In this document: in pieces, positions 20,028 through 30,456 of the stretch
Layout of the letters: each line of letters begins with the position of its first letter
How positions within the stretch are numbered: the stretch's first letter is position 1
Source: Eubacteriales bacterium
GTDB taxonomy: Bacteria; Bacillota; Clostridia; Oscillospirales; CAG-272
Direction: 5' to 3'
Assembly: GCA_050309735.1 (NCBI GenBank)
Contig: JBNRMS010000072.1
Span: 3,815-67,814, forward strand
Length of the DNA stretch: 64,000 nt
Translations under genes and position numbers: made by a program
Notes under the pieces: model-generated
Told to the model about the DNA's origin: nothing
Databases searched by the model: none
Seen by the model: the letters and a program-made list of their open reading frames with translations, nothing else

Positions 20028-23000
20028 TCAGCCGCCGTCCATAGTTTTTGAATTCTTTATCTCAATATATTTTAAAAATATCGAGCCGAGAAAGGCGAGA
20101 AGATCTGTTTTTCGGTCTGCCCTCACTAAAATATGCTCCTCGGGCGACGAAACGAACCTCAAAGTATTCGGGTATTCGCGCGAGAGCGCAAGCCATATCC
20201 CAAGATCCGGCTCGGTTTGGTAGAGCCTGATGTTGCCTCGGTCCTGAATAACCTTGTTTATCCCGCACGCAATAGCGCGCGAGCGAAGAAGAGCGACCGA
20301 GAGAAGACTCGCAGCGGGTGCCGGCAGGTCTCCGTATCTGTCAACAAGCTCGTCGGTGATGTCGCGCCGGTCGTCCTCGTCTATAATCATGGCTATGCGC
20401 TTGTAAAGCGACATGCGCTGAGCCGTGCTCGGAACATATCCCGAGGGGAGGTAGGCGCTGATGTCAAGGGTGAGCGTGCAGTCGGGCTTAACTTCGGGTA
20501 TCTCTCCCTTTTCTTCGAGAACGGCCTCGTTAAGCAGCTTGATATAGAGGTCGTAGCCGACGGCGTCAAGATGACCGTGCTGCTCTGTTCCGAGCAGGTT
20601 TCCGGCTCCCCGCAACTCAAGGTCGCGCAGCGCGATTCTAAAGCCCGCGCCGAATTCTGCATAATCCCTTATCGCCTCAAGCCTCTTCTCGGCAATTTCG
20701 GTCAGAGCTCGGGCGGGTGGATAGGTGAAATAGGCATATGCCCGGCGCGAGGAGCGCCCAACCCGCCCGCGTATCTGATGAAGCTGCGAGAGGCCGAGCC
20801 GGTGCGCGTTGTCGACAATAAGTGTGTTTGCGTTTGGAACATCGACACCTGTCTCAATTATGGTTGTACAAATAAGAATATCAATCTCTCCGAGCAACAT
20901 CCGCTCCCAGATATTCTCAAGTCTTTCCTTGTCCATTTTGCCGTGGGCGGTGACAATTCGCGCATCGGGCAGCGATTTGCGCAAATTAATCGCAACCACG
21001 TCTATATCCTCGACAATATTATGAAGGTAAAAAACCTGCCCGCCCCGCCTCAGCTCGCGCCGTATCGCCTCGGTGATTATCAATTCATCATGCTCAAGCA
21101 CATAGGTCTGAACCGGCAGACGGTCGCCCGGCGCCTCGTCGAGAACCGAGATGTCGCGTATTCCCCCCATCGCCATATTCAGAGTTCGGGGGATGGGTGT
21201 GGCGGTCAGAGTCAGCACGTCGATATTGCCGGCGAGCTGCTTGATTTTTTCCTTCTGCGCCACTCCGAATCGCTGCTCCTCATCTACAATCAAAAGCCCT
21301 AAGTCTTTGAATTCAACATCCTTTGAGAGCAAGCGATGTGTGCCTATTATAATATCAACGTCTCCTCGCCGCAGCGCCCGCAGGGTAACCTCCTGCTCCT
21401 TTGGCGATCGGAAGCGGGATACCATGTCGATTTTTATCGGGAAGCCGCGCATACGGCTGGTTGCGGTCTGAAAATGCTGGAGGGCAAGGATTGTGGTCGG
21501 CACAAGTATCGCCACCTGCTTGCCTCCCATAACCGCCTTGAAGGCGGCGCGGAAGGCGACCTCGGTCTTGCCGTAGCCAACGTCGCCGCAGAGCAGCCTA
21601 TCCATCGGAACCCGACGGGTCATATCTCCTTTTATGTCCTCGGCGGCGGCAAGCTGCCCATCGGTCTCCTCATATTCAAAAGACGCTTCAAAGTCGCGTT
21701 GAAAATCATCATCAGCGGGAAAAGCAAAGCCCTCTTTCCGCATTCGCTCGGCGTAAAGAGCGATCAGATCCTTAGCAATATCCTTGACAGCCGCGCGCGC
21801 CCTCGACTTTGCCCTTCCCCACTCGGCGCCGCCGAAACGCGAGAGCTTAACCATTCCGTCTTCTGCGGCGCCGATATAGCGCGACACCATATCCATCTTC
21901 TCAACCGGCAGGAAAAGCCGGTCGCTCCCGGCATACTGTATCTTAATATAGTCGCGGCACACACCCCCGACCGTGAGATTCTCGATCCCAAGATAGCGCC
22001 CGATTCCGTATGTTTCATGAACCACAAGATCGCCGACCTCAAGCTCGTTGTAAGACATTATCGCTTGGGTGCCCGAGCGGCGGCGTGTCTTTTTCTTTAT
22101 TCTCATCCCGCCCGCGCTCGCCCCTCGGCTCTCGGCCATAGTCGAAAGCACGGCAATTTTAGGAACGGTCAGCTCGTATCCGCGCGACATCCCCCCCCAG
22201 AGTATCAGGACAGAACCCGCGGGCAGAGTTGAAATTGTAAAGTCACCCTTCCCGCCGCCAAGGCTCATATAAGCCTTATGCCCCCTGTCGGCAAGCAGTT
22301 CGAGTGTATTCTTCGCCGCCGTTTCATTCTCAACCGAGAGGAGCACCTTATAGCCCCCGCGCGTGTAGCCGTCGATATCGTCGGCAAGAAGCTGGAAATT
22401 TCCGGCATAGCTAACTGTGTGCTTTGTGCGGAAACCGAAAAGCCCACCGAACTTTTTCCCCGATGTTCCGTGAGACAGGGAGTCAATATGGATGGTCATG
22501 CTCTGTTCACAGAAGCGGTCGAAGGCGGCGGCCGGTTTAGAATACTCGGCATATCTGCCCGCAATCACGCCCCCCTCGAGCAGCTCGGTGACAGTCTGGT
22601 TCATGAGCCACTCGGCAGACTTTATCCGGTCGGCAACGCCCTGTGTTCCCCGCAAAAAAAGAGGAGCGAGGGGCGGAAAATAATCGAGCAGACATTTTTT
22701 CTCGGGATATATCAGCGTGATATATTTGTCGAGAAACCCGGCCTCACCCAACGCGTCGAGCGCCGCCAGCTCGCCCGCCAGCTCGGCCTTTGCCTTCTCA
22801 CCCCCAGCTTTTTTCAGCTGCGACGACACCGCGCGTCTTACCGCCTCGGCTGCTTCATCGTCGACCAACACCTCTCTTGCCGGGGTGATAAGCACACCCG
22901 CAATCCCCTCTGTGAAACGTTGGCTCTCGGGGTCGAAGATTCCCATGCGATCAATCTCGTCACCGAAAAGCTCGATTCTGACCGGAAGCGATCCGTCACG

Positions 23001-23603
23001 GCTGCCATCTCCGAGGTCATAGAGAGCTAAGGGGGGATATATGTCGACAATCCCTCCCCGCACCGCAAACTGCCCGGCGACCTCAGCCATGTCAGCGCGC
23101 ACATATCCGGCAGACGTGAGCGAGCGCGAGAGGCGCTCGGTGTCGATATTGTCGTCTGCGTAAAGGGCTATCTCAGCATTTTTTAAGCGCTCGGCAGGTA
23201 TTGTGTAGCCGAGCGCGGCGTCGGGCGTGGTTATTATGGCGTCGTAGCGGCCGGCGAGCAGACCAGAGAGCACTTTAAGCCTCTCATGCTCAAATTCATG
23301 AGAGGCGGTTACATTATGCAGCGTAAGGTCGCGCGCCGGGAAAAATGCGGCCGACAGACCCGCGCCCTTTAATGCGGTAAGAGTTCGCGCGCACTCCTTT
23401 TCCTCGGAGCAGATTATCAGCACACAACCCCAGCCCTCGGATTTTATGTCAGCGACAAGCGAAACGGTGAGTGCGTCTGCCGCCCCGTCTGAGAGCCCCG
23501 CGGCCATTACCGGCAGCGGATTTGCCCTTCTCAGCGTTTTTATGGTATGAAAAAGGTGTCCGTACTCGCTGTCAGCACGGATACAGTCGGTGAGAATATT
23601 CAT
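20028..23603 (-). CDS. mfd: Transcription-repair coupling factor
   Basis: 1191 aa. Walker A GDVGYGKTEVA, DEEQRFGV, helicase C-terminal blocks (QLHQIRGRVGRS), UvrB-homology N-terminus. Confidence 0.95.
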   Translation of the reverse strand: MNILTDCIRADSEYGHLFHTIKTLRRANPLPVMAAGLSDGAADALTVSLVADIKSEGWGCVLIICSEEKECARTLTALKGAGLSAAFFPARDLTLHNVTASHEFEHERLKVLSGLLAGRYDAIITTPDAALGYTIPAERLKNAEIALYADDNIDTERLSRSLTSAGYVRADMAEVAGQFAVRGGIVDIYPPLALYDLGDGSRDGSLPVRIELFGDEIDRMGIFDPESQRFTEGIAGVLITPAREVLVDDEAAEAVRRAVSSQLKKAGGEKAKAELAGELAALDALGEAGFLDKYITLIYPEKKCLLDYFPPLAPLFLRGTQGVADRIKSAEWLMNQTVTELLEGGVIAGRYAEYSKPAAAFDRFCEQSMTIHIDSLSHGTSGKKFGGLFGFRTKHTVSYAGNFQLLADDIDGYTRGGYKVLLSVENETAAKNTLELLADRGHKAYMSLGGGKGDFTISTLPAGSVLILWGGMSRGYELTVPKIAVLSTMAESRGASAGGMRIKKKTRRRSGTQAIMSYNELEVGDLVVHETYGIGRYLGIENLTVGGVCRDYIKIQYAGSDRLFLPVEKMDMVSRYIGAAEDGMVKLSRFGGAEWGRAKSRARAAVKDIAKDLIALYAERMRKEGFAFPADDDFQRDFEASFEYEETDGQLAAAEDIKGDMTRRVPMDRLLCGDVGYGKTEVAFRAAFKAVMGGKQVAILVPTTILALQHFQTATSRMRGFPIKIDMVSRFRSPKEQEVTLRALRRGDVDIIIGTHRLLSKDVEFKDLGLLIVDEEQRFGVAQKEKIKQLAGNIDVLTLTATPIPRTLNMAMGGIRDISVLDEAPGDRLPVQTYVLEHDELIITEAIRRELRRGGQVFYLHNIVEDIDVVAINLRKSLPDARIVTAHGKMDKERLENIWERMLLGEIDILICTTIIETGVDVPNANTLIVDNAHRLGLSQLHQIRGRVGRSSRRAYAYFTYPPARALTEIAEKRLEAIRDYAEFGAGFRIALRDLELRGAGNLLGTEQHGHLDAVGYDLYIKLLNEAVLEEKGEIPEVKPDCTLTLDISAYLPSGYVPSTAQRMSLYKRIAMIIDEDDRRDITDELVDRYGDLPAPAASLLSVALLRSRAIACGINKVIQDRGNIRLYQTEPDLGIWLALSREYPNTLRFVSSPEEHILVRADRKTDLLAFLGSIFLKYIEIKNSKTMDGG

Positions 23604-23666
23604 TATACATTAAACCTTTTGATAGAATTCGGGCAATGTCGCCCCCTATGCTTGGGCAGAAGGATT

Positions 23667-24302
23667 TCACTTGGCGCCATTGCAGATCCGCATAGCCCCC
23701 TCAATGTCGCCCGAGATAATCTTCTCAACTCCGCACAGGACCGAGTCAAAAGAAGCGAAAATCACTTCCTGCTCTCGCTTATTAAACTCGGAGAGAACCC
23801 AGTCAGACAGGTCATATTCGGGGTGGGGCGGGCTGCCCACCCCGATTCTGACACGCGGAAAAGCGTCGGTTCCAAGCTGAGATATTATGCTCGCCAGTCC
23901 CTTTTGGCCACCGGCGCTCCCCTCTCGGCGCACCCGCAACCGCCCGACATCAAGATTTATATCGTCTGAGATGACGATGATATTCTCGGGGGGAATTTTA
24001 TAGAAGTCGGCGCACTCGCGAACCGCCTCCCCCGAGTTGTTCATATAGGTCTGCGGGGCAAGAAGTATGGTGCGCCGACCGGCAAGCTCGGCCATGCCTG
24101 TCAGGGCGCGGAATTTCAGGCGGTCGACCTTTGCGTTTTGCTTTTGCGCAATGTAGCTCAATGCCATAAAACCCGCATTGTGGCGGGTGAGGGTGTATTT
24201 TGCGCCCGGGTTACCGAGGCCGACTATCATGTGCGTCGGCGGAGCGCTTGGTGTCGGCTCCCTTGAGGCGATTTTTTTGAAAAGTTCGAAGATATCAGGC
24301 AT
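23667..24302 (-). CDS. pth: Peptidyl-tRNA hydrolase
   Basis: MIVGLGNPGAKYTLTRHNAGF, the canonical Pth N-terminal block. It has a 24-aa N-terminal extension if ATG 24302 is used; the true start could be the internal Met. Confidence 0.9.
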   Translation of the reverse strand: MPDIFELFKKIASREPTPSAPPTHMIVGLGNPGAKYTLTRHNAGFMALSYIAQKQNAKVDRLKFRALTGMAELAGRRTILLAPQTYMNNSGEAVRECADFYKIPPENIIVISDDINLDVGRLRVRREGSAGGQKGLASIISQLGTDAFPRVRIGVGSPPHPEYDLSDWVLSEFNKREQEVIFASFDSVLCGVEKIISGDIEGAMRICNGAK

Positions 24303-24862
24303 AAAAATTCCCGCCGCTCGCGCGGCTCTCTATTTATTGATTAAAGATTATTATACATCATTTTCCATGGGATGTCAAATATTTTTTGTGCGTAAACAAA
24401 TAATGAACGCATTGTTAACAATGGATTATATTGTGGGGGCTTCCAATATTTTATGGTACAATTAAACCATAATGATGAGGAGGTGCAGTCCGATGATAAA
24501 TATTTAATTTTGGAGAACCTTTTCTACAATGTGAGCTTGTCGTTTTTGTTCGGGTAAAACACAAATGAAAACAAACACACACATGATTAAAGAAAGGAAT
24601 TAGATATGAAAAAATTATTGCTGGTTTATTAGCATCCCTGTTAACAATATCGTAATTTTCAACGATATTCACATTTAATGCTTCAGCTGAAGATTCAACC
24701 TATGAAGCAGATACCGCACGCTACTCAAAAAATGATGTTTCGATTTATCTCGACGGAGAACAGCCCGATCAAGTAACCCACGGAGATGAAATCAAATATT
24801 CTTACATTGTAGTTTCAGACATTGACGCTGATTACTATATCATCAATTATGAAATTAATAAT

Positions 24863-26554
24863 GTGAAGAAAATAAGTGCGCCTGACCGCATCTCATCTGC
24901 TGACGGTAAAGTAACAGTAAAAATTTCAGTGTCCGGCATTGGGGAAGCAAGCTTTTCGGTGGCGGTTACAGCCATAAAAGACGGCAAGGAGATATACACA
25001 AGCACGCAGAGTTTAGTATATTTCTACTCATGTGAAAAGTACGATTTTATAAACTATTACACATCAGGCGAAGCCAAAGATATGTATTATCGCTATATGA
25101 TAGCCGAAAAGCTTGTTGATGAGCGTGATGTGAAATGGTCTTATGAAGTATTTGTTGATGAAAAGTCTTATTACGAGTACGGTTCTGAATCTATTTACGA
25201 GACCAAATCATTACTGAACATTACCGTCCAAGGATACGTCAAATGGACGGATAATTATGGCAATCTTAAGCCTTGTAAGAATGTAGAAGTCAGAATATAT
25301 GACACAGGGACATTTTCAAATTATTTGATTCGAACCGTTTACACCGATGCCAGCGGATTCTATTCAGCAACTTTTCCAAATGATATGACTCCCGAAGAAA
25401 ATGGTTATGACATATATGTGCACGCATATGCAAGAAACACCTCAGTCAATGTAGTTAACTCAAGCGGTATTACATATTTTACTTCTACTCCAACCGATTA
25501 CGATGTGCCAAGCAGTCCCATTCCTCTTGTTAAGAATATATCCATTCCTAACACCGGTGCAAATTCTGAACTATCATATCATGTTCATCAGGCTGCTAAT
25601 ATGGCGGCAGAATTCATGAATTTATTAGAAGGCTCATTTCTTCCGAGCGTCAATGTACAATATCCGTCGCCTAAAAGCCAGTATAGCAATAATGTAATAT
25701 ACCTGAATCAAATTGATTATATGTATTGGGATGTAATACAGCATGAATACGGACATCATGTTCAGCGTTATTATAATATAACGGACAGCCCCGGCGGAGA
25801 TCATCATTATTCATATAATCTGGCTGACTCATATGGAAAATCAAACGGAATCAAGCTTGCCTGGGGTGAAGGCTGGGCAACTTACTTTCCGATATGGGTT
25901 CAGGACGCAATGGGAGCGTCCTCACTTGGAATTCCATATGTCGGCGATACGGGTTATAAATCATCTACGGATACGGTAAACGTGGAAGCAAGAACGGCAT
26001 ATGGATATGGAAATCTAAAATATGGGGAAGCAAATGAACTGTGTGTTGCCGCAATACTGCTTGATATAGCGGACGGAAACAACGAAACATATGATCAAGT
26101 ATATTTTGGGTATCAAACCGTATGGGATATCGTTAAAAACAATAATTGTTACACATTATCGCAGTTTATTTACAATTTGTATAATGTTACAAACAACGAT
26201 CAAAAATTAAGAATCGGACGAATACTTGAGGAGCATGGCGTTGCCGCCATGCCAACGACACCGGTAGGCTCAACATTAAATTCGTCCAACAGAACATTTA
26301 CATGGAGCGCAGGGGGCGGAAGTTCAGTATACCCAAATAATTCATTCAAAATATCTTTTTATAATTCCTCATTCACCAAGATATATGAGACATACGCAAT
26401 TACCAACACAAGTTATACCTTGACATTAACGGAATTATCAACTATACTAAATGGCACATCAGGTTCTACCATATACTGGTGCGTTATAGCAACTCAGTCA
26501 TCAACCCCATCGACAGGACCATATATATCATATTACAGAACAATTTACAAATAA
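24863..26554 (+). CDS. Gluzincin-type (HEXXH...E) zinc metallopeptidase-like protein; 5' end appears disrupted (possible pseudogene)
   Basis: HEYGHH at WDVIQHEYGHHVQ and a downstream Glu block AWGEGWATYF. Carboxypeptidase-regulatory-like beta domain (VEVRIYDTGT...TDASGFYSATF). The reading frame stays open upstream to 24656. An SD-preceded ATG at 24606 is out of frame; see findings. Confidence 0.6.
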   Translation: MKKISAPDRISSADGKVTVKISVSGIGEASFSVAVTAIKDGKEIYTSTQSLVYFYSCEKYDFINYYTSGEAKDMYYRYMIAEKLVDERDVKWSYEVFVDEKSYYEYGSESIYETKSLLNITVQGYVKWTDNYGNLKPCKNVEVRIYDTGTFSNYLIRTVYTDASGFYSATFPNDMTPEENGYDIYVHAYARNTSVNVVNSSGITYFTSTPTDYDVPSSPIPLVKNISIPNTGANSELSYHVHQAANMAAEFMNLLEGSFLPSVNVQYPSPKSQYSNNVIYLNQIDYMYWDVIQHEYGHHVQRYYNITDSPGGDHHYSYNLADSYGKSNGIKLAWGEGWATYFPIWVQDAMGASSLGIPYVGDTGYKSSTDTVNVEARTAYGYGNLKYGEANELCVAAILLDIADGNNETYDQVYFGYQTVWDIVKNNNCYTLSQFIYNLYNVTNNDQKLRIGRILEEHGVAAMPTTPVGSTLNSSNRTFTWSAGGGSSVYPNNSFKISFYNSSFTKIYETYAITNTSYTLTLTELSTILNGTSGSTIYWCVIATQSSTPSTGPYISYYRTIYK

Positions 26555-26576
26555 ATCATAGGGAGCATACATAAAT

Positions 26577-27239
26577 ATGAGAATGATTAGGGCAATCAGT
26601 TTAGTAATATTTCTTTTTGTTTTGCTGACCTCATGCAGTTCAAAACCCGCCGGAAATCAAGAGAGCGAGACAAAAGATGAAATTCAAACAGAGGATTCAT
26701 GGGTGCCGAGTATTTCGTATTTATCATTATTAACTGTAGATTATGCTCCGGGCAAATGGTATAATGTCAATTCGGATGAAATATTATTAAACGTTGCGTT
26801 CGGCACGAAGAAACCTCCGAGTATAACGCAAGAGGAGGATTACGCGCTGCTTGATGTCTATGAGCTTCCGGAAAATTTTGATTTTGATTACGAAAATCTA
26901 TCCCCAAAAGACCCGGGAGACGAATTGAATTTAATCCATTCATTCCGGATTGATTCGTACCGCGATTATCCCGATCCCTCGTCTCAATACAATTCAGACA
27001 AGGGGGAATGGGAACACATGCTCCCGCTCGACGTCGGCCTGTCCTTTTTCGGGAGCGAGCTTGACGAAAATTATGGCAGGCTCATAATTACCCTGCGCGT
27101 TTTCACCCGCGAGGACGAATTAATTATAAACTATAATTCTTTTGAAACCATTTATTTTATTAAGGAAAATGATTATATAACCTTCCTGCACCCCGACGAA
27201 TATATAAAATATAAAATTAATATTTACGGACGCGGGTGA
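26577..27239 (+). CDS. Lipoprotein of unknown function
   Basis: MRMIRAISLVIFLFVLLTSC lipobox. Low-GC codon usage like the upstream gene. No motif recognised. Confidence 0.65.
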   Translation: MRMIRAISLVIFLFVLLTSCSSKPAGNQESETKDEIQTEDSWVPSISYLSLLTVDYAPGKWYNVNSDEILLNVAFGTKKPPSITQEEDYALLDVYELPENFDFDYENLSPKDPGDELNLIHSFRIDSYRDYPDPSSQYNSDKGEWEHMLPLDVGLSFFGSELDENYGRLIITLRVFTREDELIINYNSFETIYFIKENDYITFLHPDEYIKYKINIYGRG

Positions 27240-27277
27240 AACGACTACGCGGTCCGCCGGCGAAAAATCAACTTTTC

Positions 27278-27322
27278 CCGCGCCCCCCGACCACACATAT
27301 GCCGGGGGCGCGGCACTTTTTT
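27278..27322 (+). terminator. Intrinsic terminator
   Basis: 10-bp GC stem CCGCGCCCCC / GGGGGCGCGG, then CACTTTTTTA. Confidence 0.75.
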
Positions 27323-27521
27323 ATGTGTTTTCAACCGTTTTGAATCTTTCTCTCACCAAAGGCGAAAAAACCATGGACTTTTTTCAAAAACTTGAAAATA
27401 CATGTAGTATTTTTTTCAAAAGTATGTTATAATGAGTGTTGAGCCTTATCGGTCAATCGCTCGTTGCCGGTAAACTCCTGATTTGTTAAAAACATTTATT
27501 ATACACGGAGGATTCAAACAG

Positions 27522-30152
27522 ATGTCAAAGAAGTACTGCTATCTTTTTACCGAGGGTAACGCGAAAATGCGTGAGATTCTCGGCGGAAAGGGCGCCAACC
27601 TCGCCGAGATGACAAACATCGGTCTCCCGGTTCCCCAGGGCTTCATAATTTCAACCGAGGCCTGCACAAAGTATTACGAGGACGGCAAAAAAATCAGCCC
27701 CGAAATTAAAGCCGAAATCATGGATTACGTTGTTAAGATGGAAGAAATAACCGGCAAAAAGTTTGGCGACAAGGAAAACCCCCTGCTCGTTTCAATTCGT
27801 TCGGGCTCGCGCGCTTCAATGCCGGGCATGATGGACACAATCCTTAACCTCGGGCTTAACGACGAGGTTGTCGAGGTAATGGCTGCTAAGTCGGGCAACC
27901 CCCGCTGGGCGTATGACTGCTACCGTCGCTTTATTCAGATGTATTCCGACGTCGTTATGGAGGTCGGCAAGAAGTACTTCGAGCAGCTCATCGACAAGAT
28001 GAAAGAAGAAAAGGGCGCACACGACGACGCAGAGCTCACCGCAGACGATCTTCATGAGCTTGCTGTTCAGTTCAAGGCCGAATATAAGTCAAAGCTCGGC
28101 ACCGATTTCCCCTCGGATCCGAAAGAGCAGCTCTTCGGCGCGATCGAAGCGGTTTTCCGCAGCTGGGACAACCCCCGCGCGAATATCTACCGCCGCGATC
28201 ACGATATCCCCTACTCGTGGGGCACCGCAGTCAACGTTCAGATGATGGCCTTTGGCAACATGGGCGATACCTCGGGAACCGGCGTTGCCTTCACGCGCGA
28301 CCCCGCCACAGGCGAGAAAAAGCTTATGGGCGAGTTCCTTATGAACGCTCAGGGGGAGGACGTCGTAGCCGGCATCCGCACTCCTATGAATATCGAAAAA
28401 ATGCAGGATATCCTTCCCGAGGTTTTTGCTCAGTTTAAAGAAAACTGCAAAATCCTTGAAAACCACTACCGCGATATGCAGGACATGGAGTTTACCATTG
28501 AAGATAAGAAACTCTATATGCTCCAGACCAGAAGCGGCAAGCGCACCGCCAAGGCGGCGCTTAAAATTGCCTGCGACCTTGTCGACGAGGGTATGATTAC
28601 AGAGCAGCAGGCGCTTATGATGATCGACCCGCGCAACCTTGACACACTTCTGCACCCGCAGTTTGATGAGAAAGCCATTAAAAACACCGCCCCAATAGGC
28701 AGGGGCCTTGGCGCCTCGCCCGGCGCTGCCTCCGGACAGGTAGTATTTACCGCTGAGGAAGCGAAAAAGTGGAACGACGCCGGCAAGAAGGTTATCCTTG
28801 TCCGCCTTGAAACCTCACCCGAGGATATTCAGGGAATGAAGGCTGCCGAAGGTATTCTCACCGCCCGCGGCGGAATGACCTCACACGCAGCCGTTGTGGC
28901 ACGCGGAATGGGCAAGTGCTGCGTTTCGGGCTGCCAGGAAATAATCATGAATGAGGCCGAAAAGTGCTTCTCGCTCGGAGGCCGTGACTATAAGGAAGGC
29001 GATATAATCTCGCTTGACGGCACGACCGGTAATATCTACGGAGAAGCTATTCCGACGGTCGACGCGACTATTGTAGGTGAATTCAGCCGCATAATGTCGC
29101 TTGCCGATAAATACCGCCGCCTCTCGGTTCGCACCAATGCCGACACACCGAGCGACGCCATAAAGGCTCGCGAGCTGGGCGCCGAGGGAATCGGCCTTTG
29201 CCGCACCGAGCACATGTTCTTTGAGGCAGACCGTATTGCGGCCTTCCGCGAGATGATTTGCGCGGACAACGTGGCGGCGCGAGAAGCGGCGCTCGATAAG
29301 ATTCTGCCCTATCAGCAGAGCGACTTTGAGGCGCTTTACGAAGCACTTGAGGGCCGCTCGGTCTGCATCAGATTCCTTGACCCGCCCCTGCATGAGTTCC
29401 TTCCGACAGAGGAGAACGACATCGCCAATCTTGCTAAGAGCCTTGGCAAGAGCGTTGCCGATATTAAAGCAATAATCGCGTCGCTCCACGAGTTCAACCC
29501 GATGATGGGTCACCGCGGCTGCCGCCTAGCAGTCACCTACCCTGAAATTGCAAAAATGCAGACTCGTGCCGTCATTCGCGCTGCTATCAGCGTGGCCACA
29601 AAGCATCCCGATTGGAATATCGTGCCTGAAATCATGATTCCGCTGGTCGGAGAGGTTAAGGAATTCAAGTTTGTTAAAGATGTCGTTGTCGAAACGGCCG
29701 ATGCCGAAATTGCCGCTGCCGGAGCCAGCCTCAAATATAAGATTGGCACCATGATCGAAATTCCGCGCGCAACGCTGACCGCCGACGAGATCGCCAAGGA
29801 AGCCGATTTCTTCTCGTTCGGAACTAACGACCTGACCCAGATGACCTTCGGATTCTCGCGCGACGACGCCGGGAAATTCCTTGACGCATACTACGACACA
29901 AAGATATTCGAGAGCGATCCCTTCGCCCGCCTCGACCAGAAGGGCGTTGGCAAGCTGGTTAAGCTGGCAGTCGATCTCGGCCGTCCGGCCAATCCCGAGC
30001 TTCACGTGGGTATCTGCGGCGAGCACGGAGGCGACCCGTCGTCTGTCGAGTTCTGCCACAACATCGGGCTTGACTATGTGTCCTGCTCACCCTTCAGAGT
30101 TCCGATTGCCCGCCTTGCGGCGGCTCAGGCGGCGCTGAAGAATAAGGCTTGA
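27522..30152 (+). CDS. ppdK: Pyruvate, phosphate dikinase
   Basis: Start moved to ATG 27522 (GGAGGA SD). GGKGANLAEM, phospho-His loop GGMTSHAAVVARGMG, PEP-utilising C-terminal block CRTEHMF. Confidence 0.95.
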   Translation: MSKKYCYLFTEGNAKMREILGGKGANLAEMTNIGLPVPQGFIISTEACTKYYEDGKKISPEIKAEIMDYVVKMEEITGKKFGDKENPLLVSIRSGSRASMPGMMDTILNLGLNDEVVEVMAAKSGNPRWAYDCYRRFIQMYSDVVMEVGKKYFEQLIDKMKEEKGAHDDAELTADDLHELAVQFKAEYKSKLGTDFPSDPKEQLFGAIEAVFRSWDNPRANIYRRDHDIPYSWGTAVNVQMMAFGNMGDTSGTGVAFTRDPATGEKKLMGEFLMNAQGEDVVAGIRTPMNIEKMQDILPEVFAQFKENCKILENHYRDMQDMEFTIEDKKLYMLQTRSGKRTAKAALKIACDLVDEGMITEQQALMMIDPRNLDTLLHPQFDEKAIKNTAPIGRGLGASPGAASGQVVFTAEEAKKWNDAGKKVILVRLETSPEDIQGMKAAEGILTARGGMTSHAAVVARGMGKCCVSGCQEIIMNEAEKCFSLGGRDYKEGDIISLDGTTGNIYGEAIPTVDATIVGEFSRIMSLADKYRRLSVRTNADTPSDAIKARELGAEGIGLCRTEHMFFEADRIAAFREMICADNVAAREAALDKILPYQQSDFEALYEALEGRSVCIRFLDPPLHEFLPTEENDIANLAKSLGKSVADIKAIIASLHEFNPMMGHRGCRLAVTYPEIAKMQTRAVIRAAISVATKHPDWNIVPEIMIPLVGEVKEFKFVKDVVVETADAEIAAAGASLKYKIGTMIEIPRATLTADEIAKEADFFSFGTNDLTQMTFGFSRDDAGKFLDAYYDTKIFESDPFARLDQKGVGKLVKLAVDLGRPANPELHVGICGEHGGDPSSVEFCHNIGLDYVSCSPFRVPIARLAAAQAALKNKA

Positions 30153-30280
30153 GAGAATATATTGCTTAAAGTTCAACAAAAGTGAGCTTTGTGCCTTTGC
30201 CCTCGCTCTTGAGGGCAAAGGCAGCAAACACCAAGGCGGCACAATTTTCCTCTCGCATAGATAGTATAAAAACATATAAC

Positions 30281-30326
30281 CGCCGGTGGAGCTTTATAAA
30301 GCTCCACCGGCGTGTCTGTTTGTTTT
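30281..30326 (+). terminator. Intrinsic terminator after ppdK
   Basis: 15-bp perfect stem (30281-30295 / 30298-30312) followed by TGTCTGTTTGTTTT. A second hairpin without a T-run lies at 30192-30223. Confidence 0.75.
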
Positions 30327-30424
30327 ACAAAATATAATGCAAGCTCCTTTTTTAGTTAGCGTTTGATTATCGCCCTGCCTAAAAACAAGTTATCGATAGC
30401 TAACTTCGCTTGTTGTACAAAAAA

Positions 30425-30449
30425 GCACAGCCGCTTAAATCGGCTGTGC
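30425..30449. terminator. Hairpin terminator (bidirectional context)
   Basis: 9-bp stem GCACAGCCG / CGGCTGTGC flanked by AAAA and CTTT. Lies just downstream of the minus-strand ORF fragment ending at 30457. Confidence 0.5.
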
Positions 30450-30456
30450 CTTTATA

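Noticed and set aside
20133-22232. Long plus-strand ORFs (389 aa at 20133..21302, 298 aa at 21336..22232, and others) inside the mfd region
   Set aside because: They are antisense shadows of the 1191-aa mfd gene, whose motifs are unambiguous. They have no SD or recognisable motifs, and the high-GC third positions of mfd keep the opposite frame open.
24410-24423. Perfect 14-bp palindrome CATTGTTAACAATG at the islet boundary, considered as an operator
   Set aside because: Roughly four perfect 14-bp palindromes are expected by chance in 64 kb, and more in AT-rich DNA. There is no second copy and no adjacent regulator gene.
28089-30059. Several 170-210-aa minus-strand ORFs within ppdK
   Set aside because: They are shadow ORFs opposite a strongly supported ppdK reading frame.
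30192-30223. 13-bp hairpin after ppdK as its terminator
   Set aside because: It has no T-run on either side. The hairpin at 30281-30312, which has a T-rich tail, is the better terminator. It may still be a processing or stability element.
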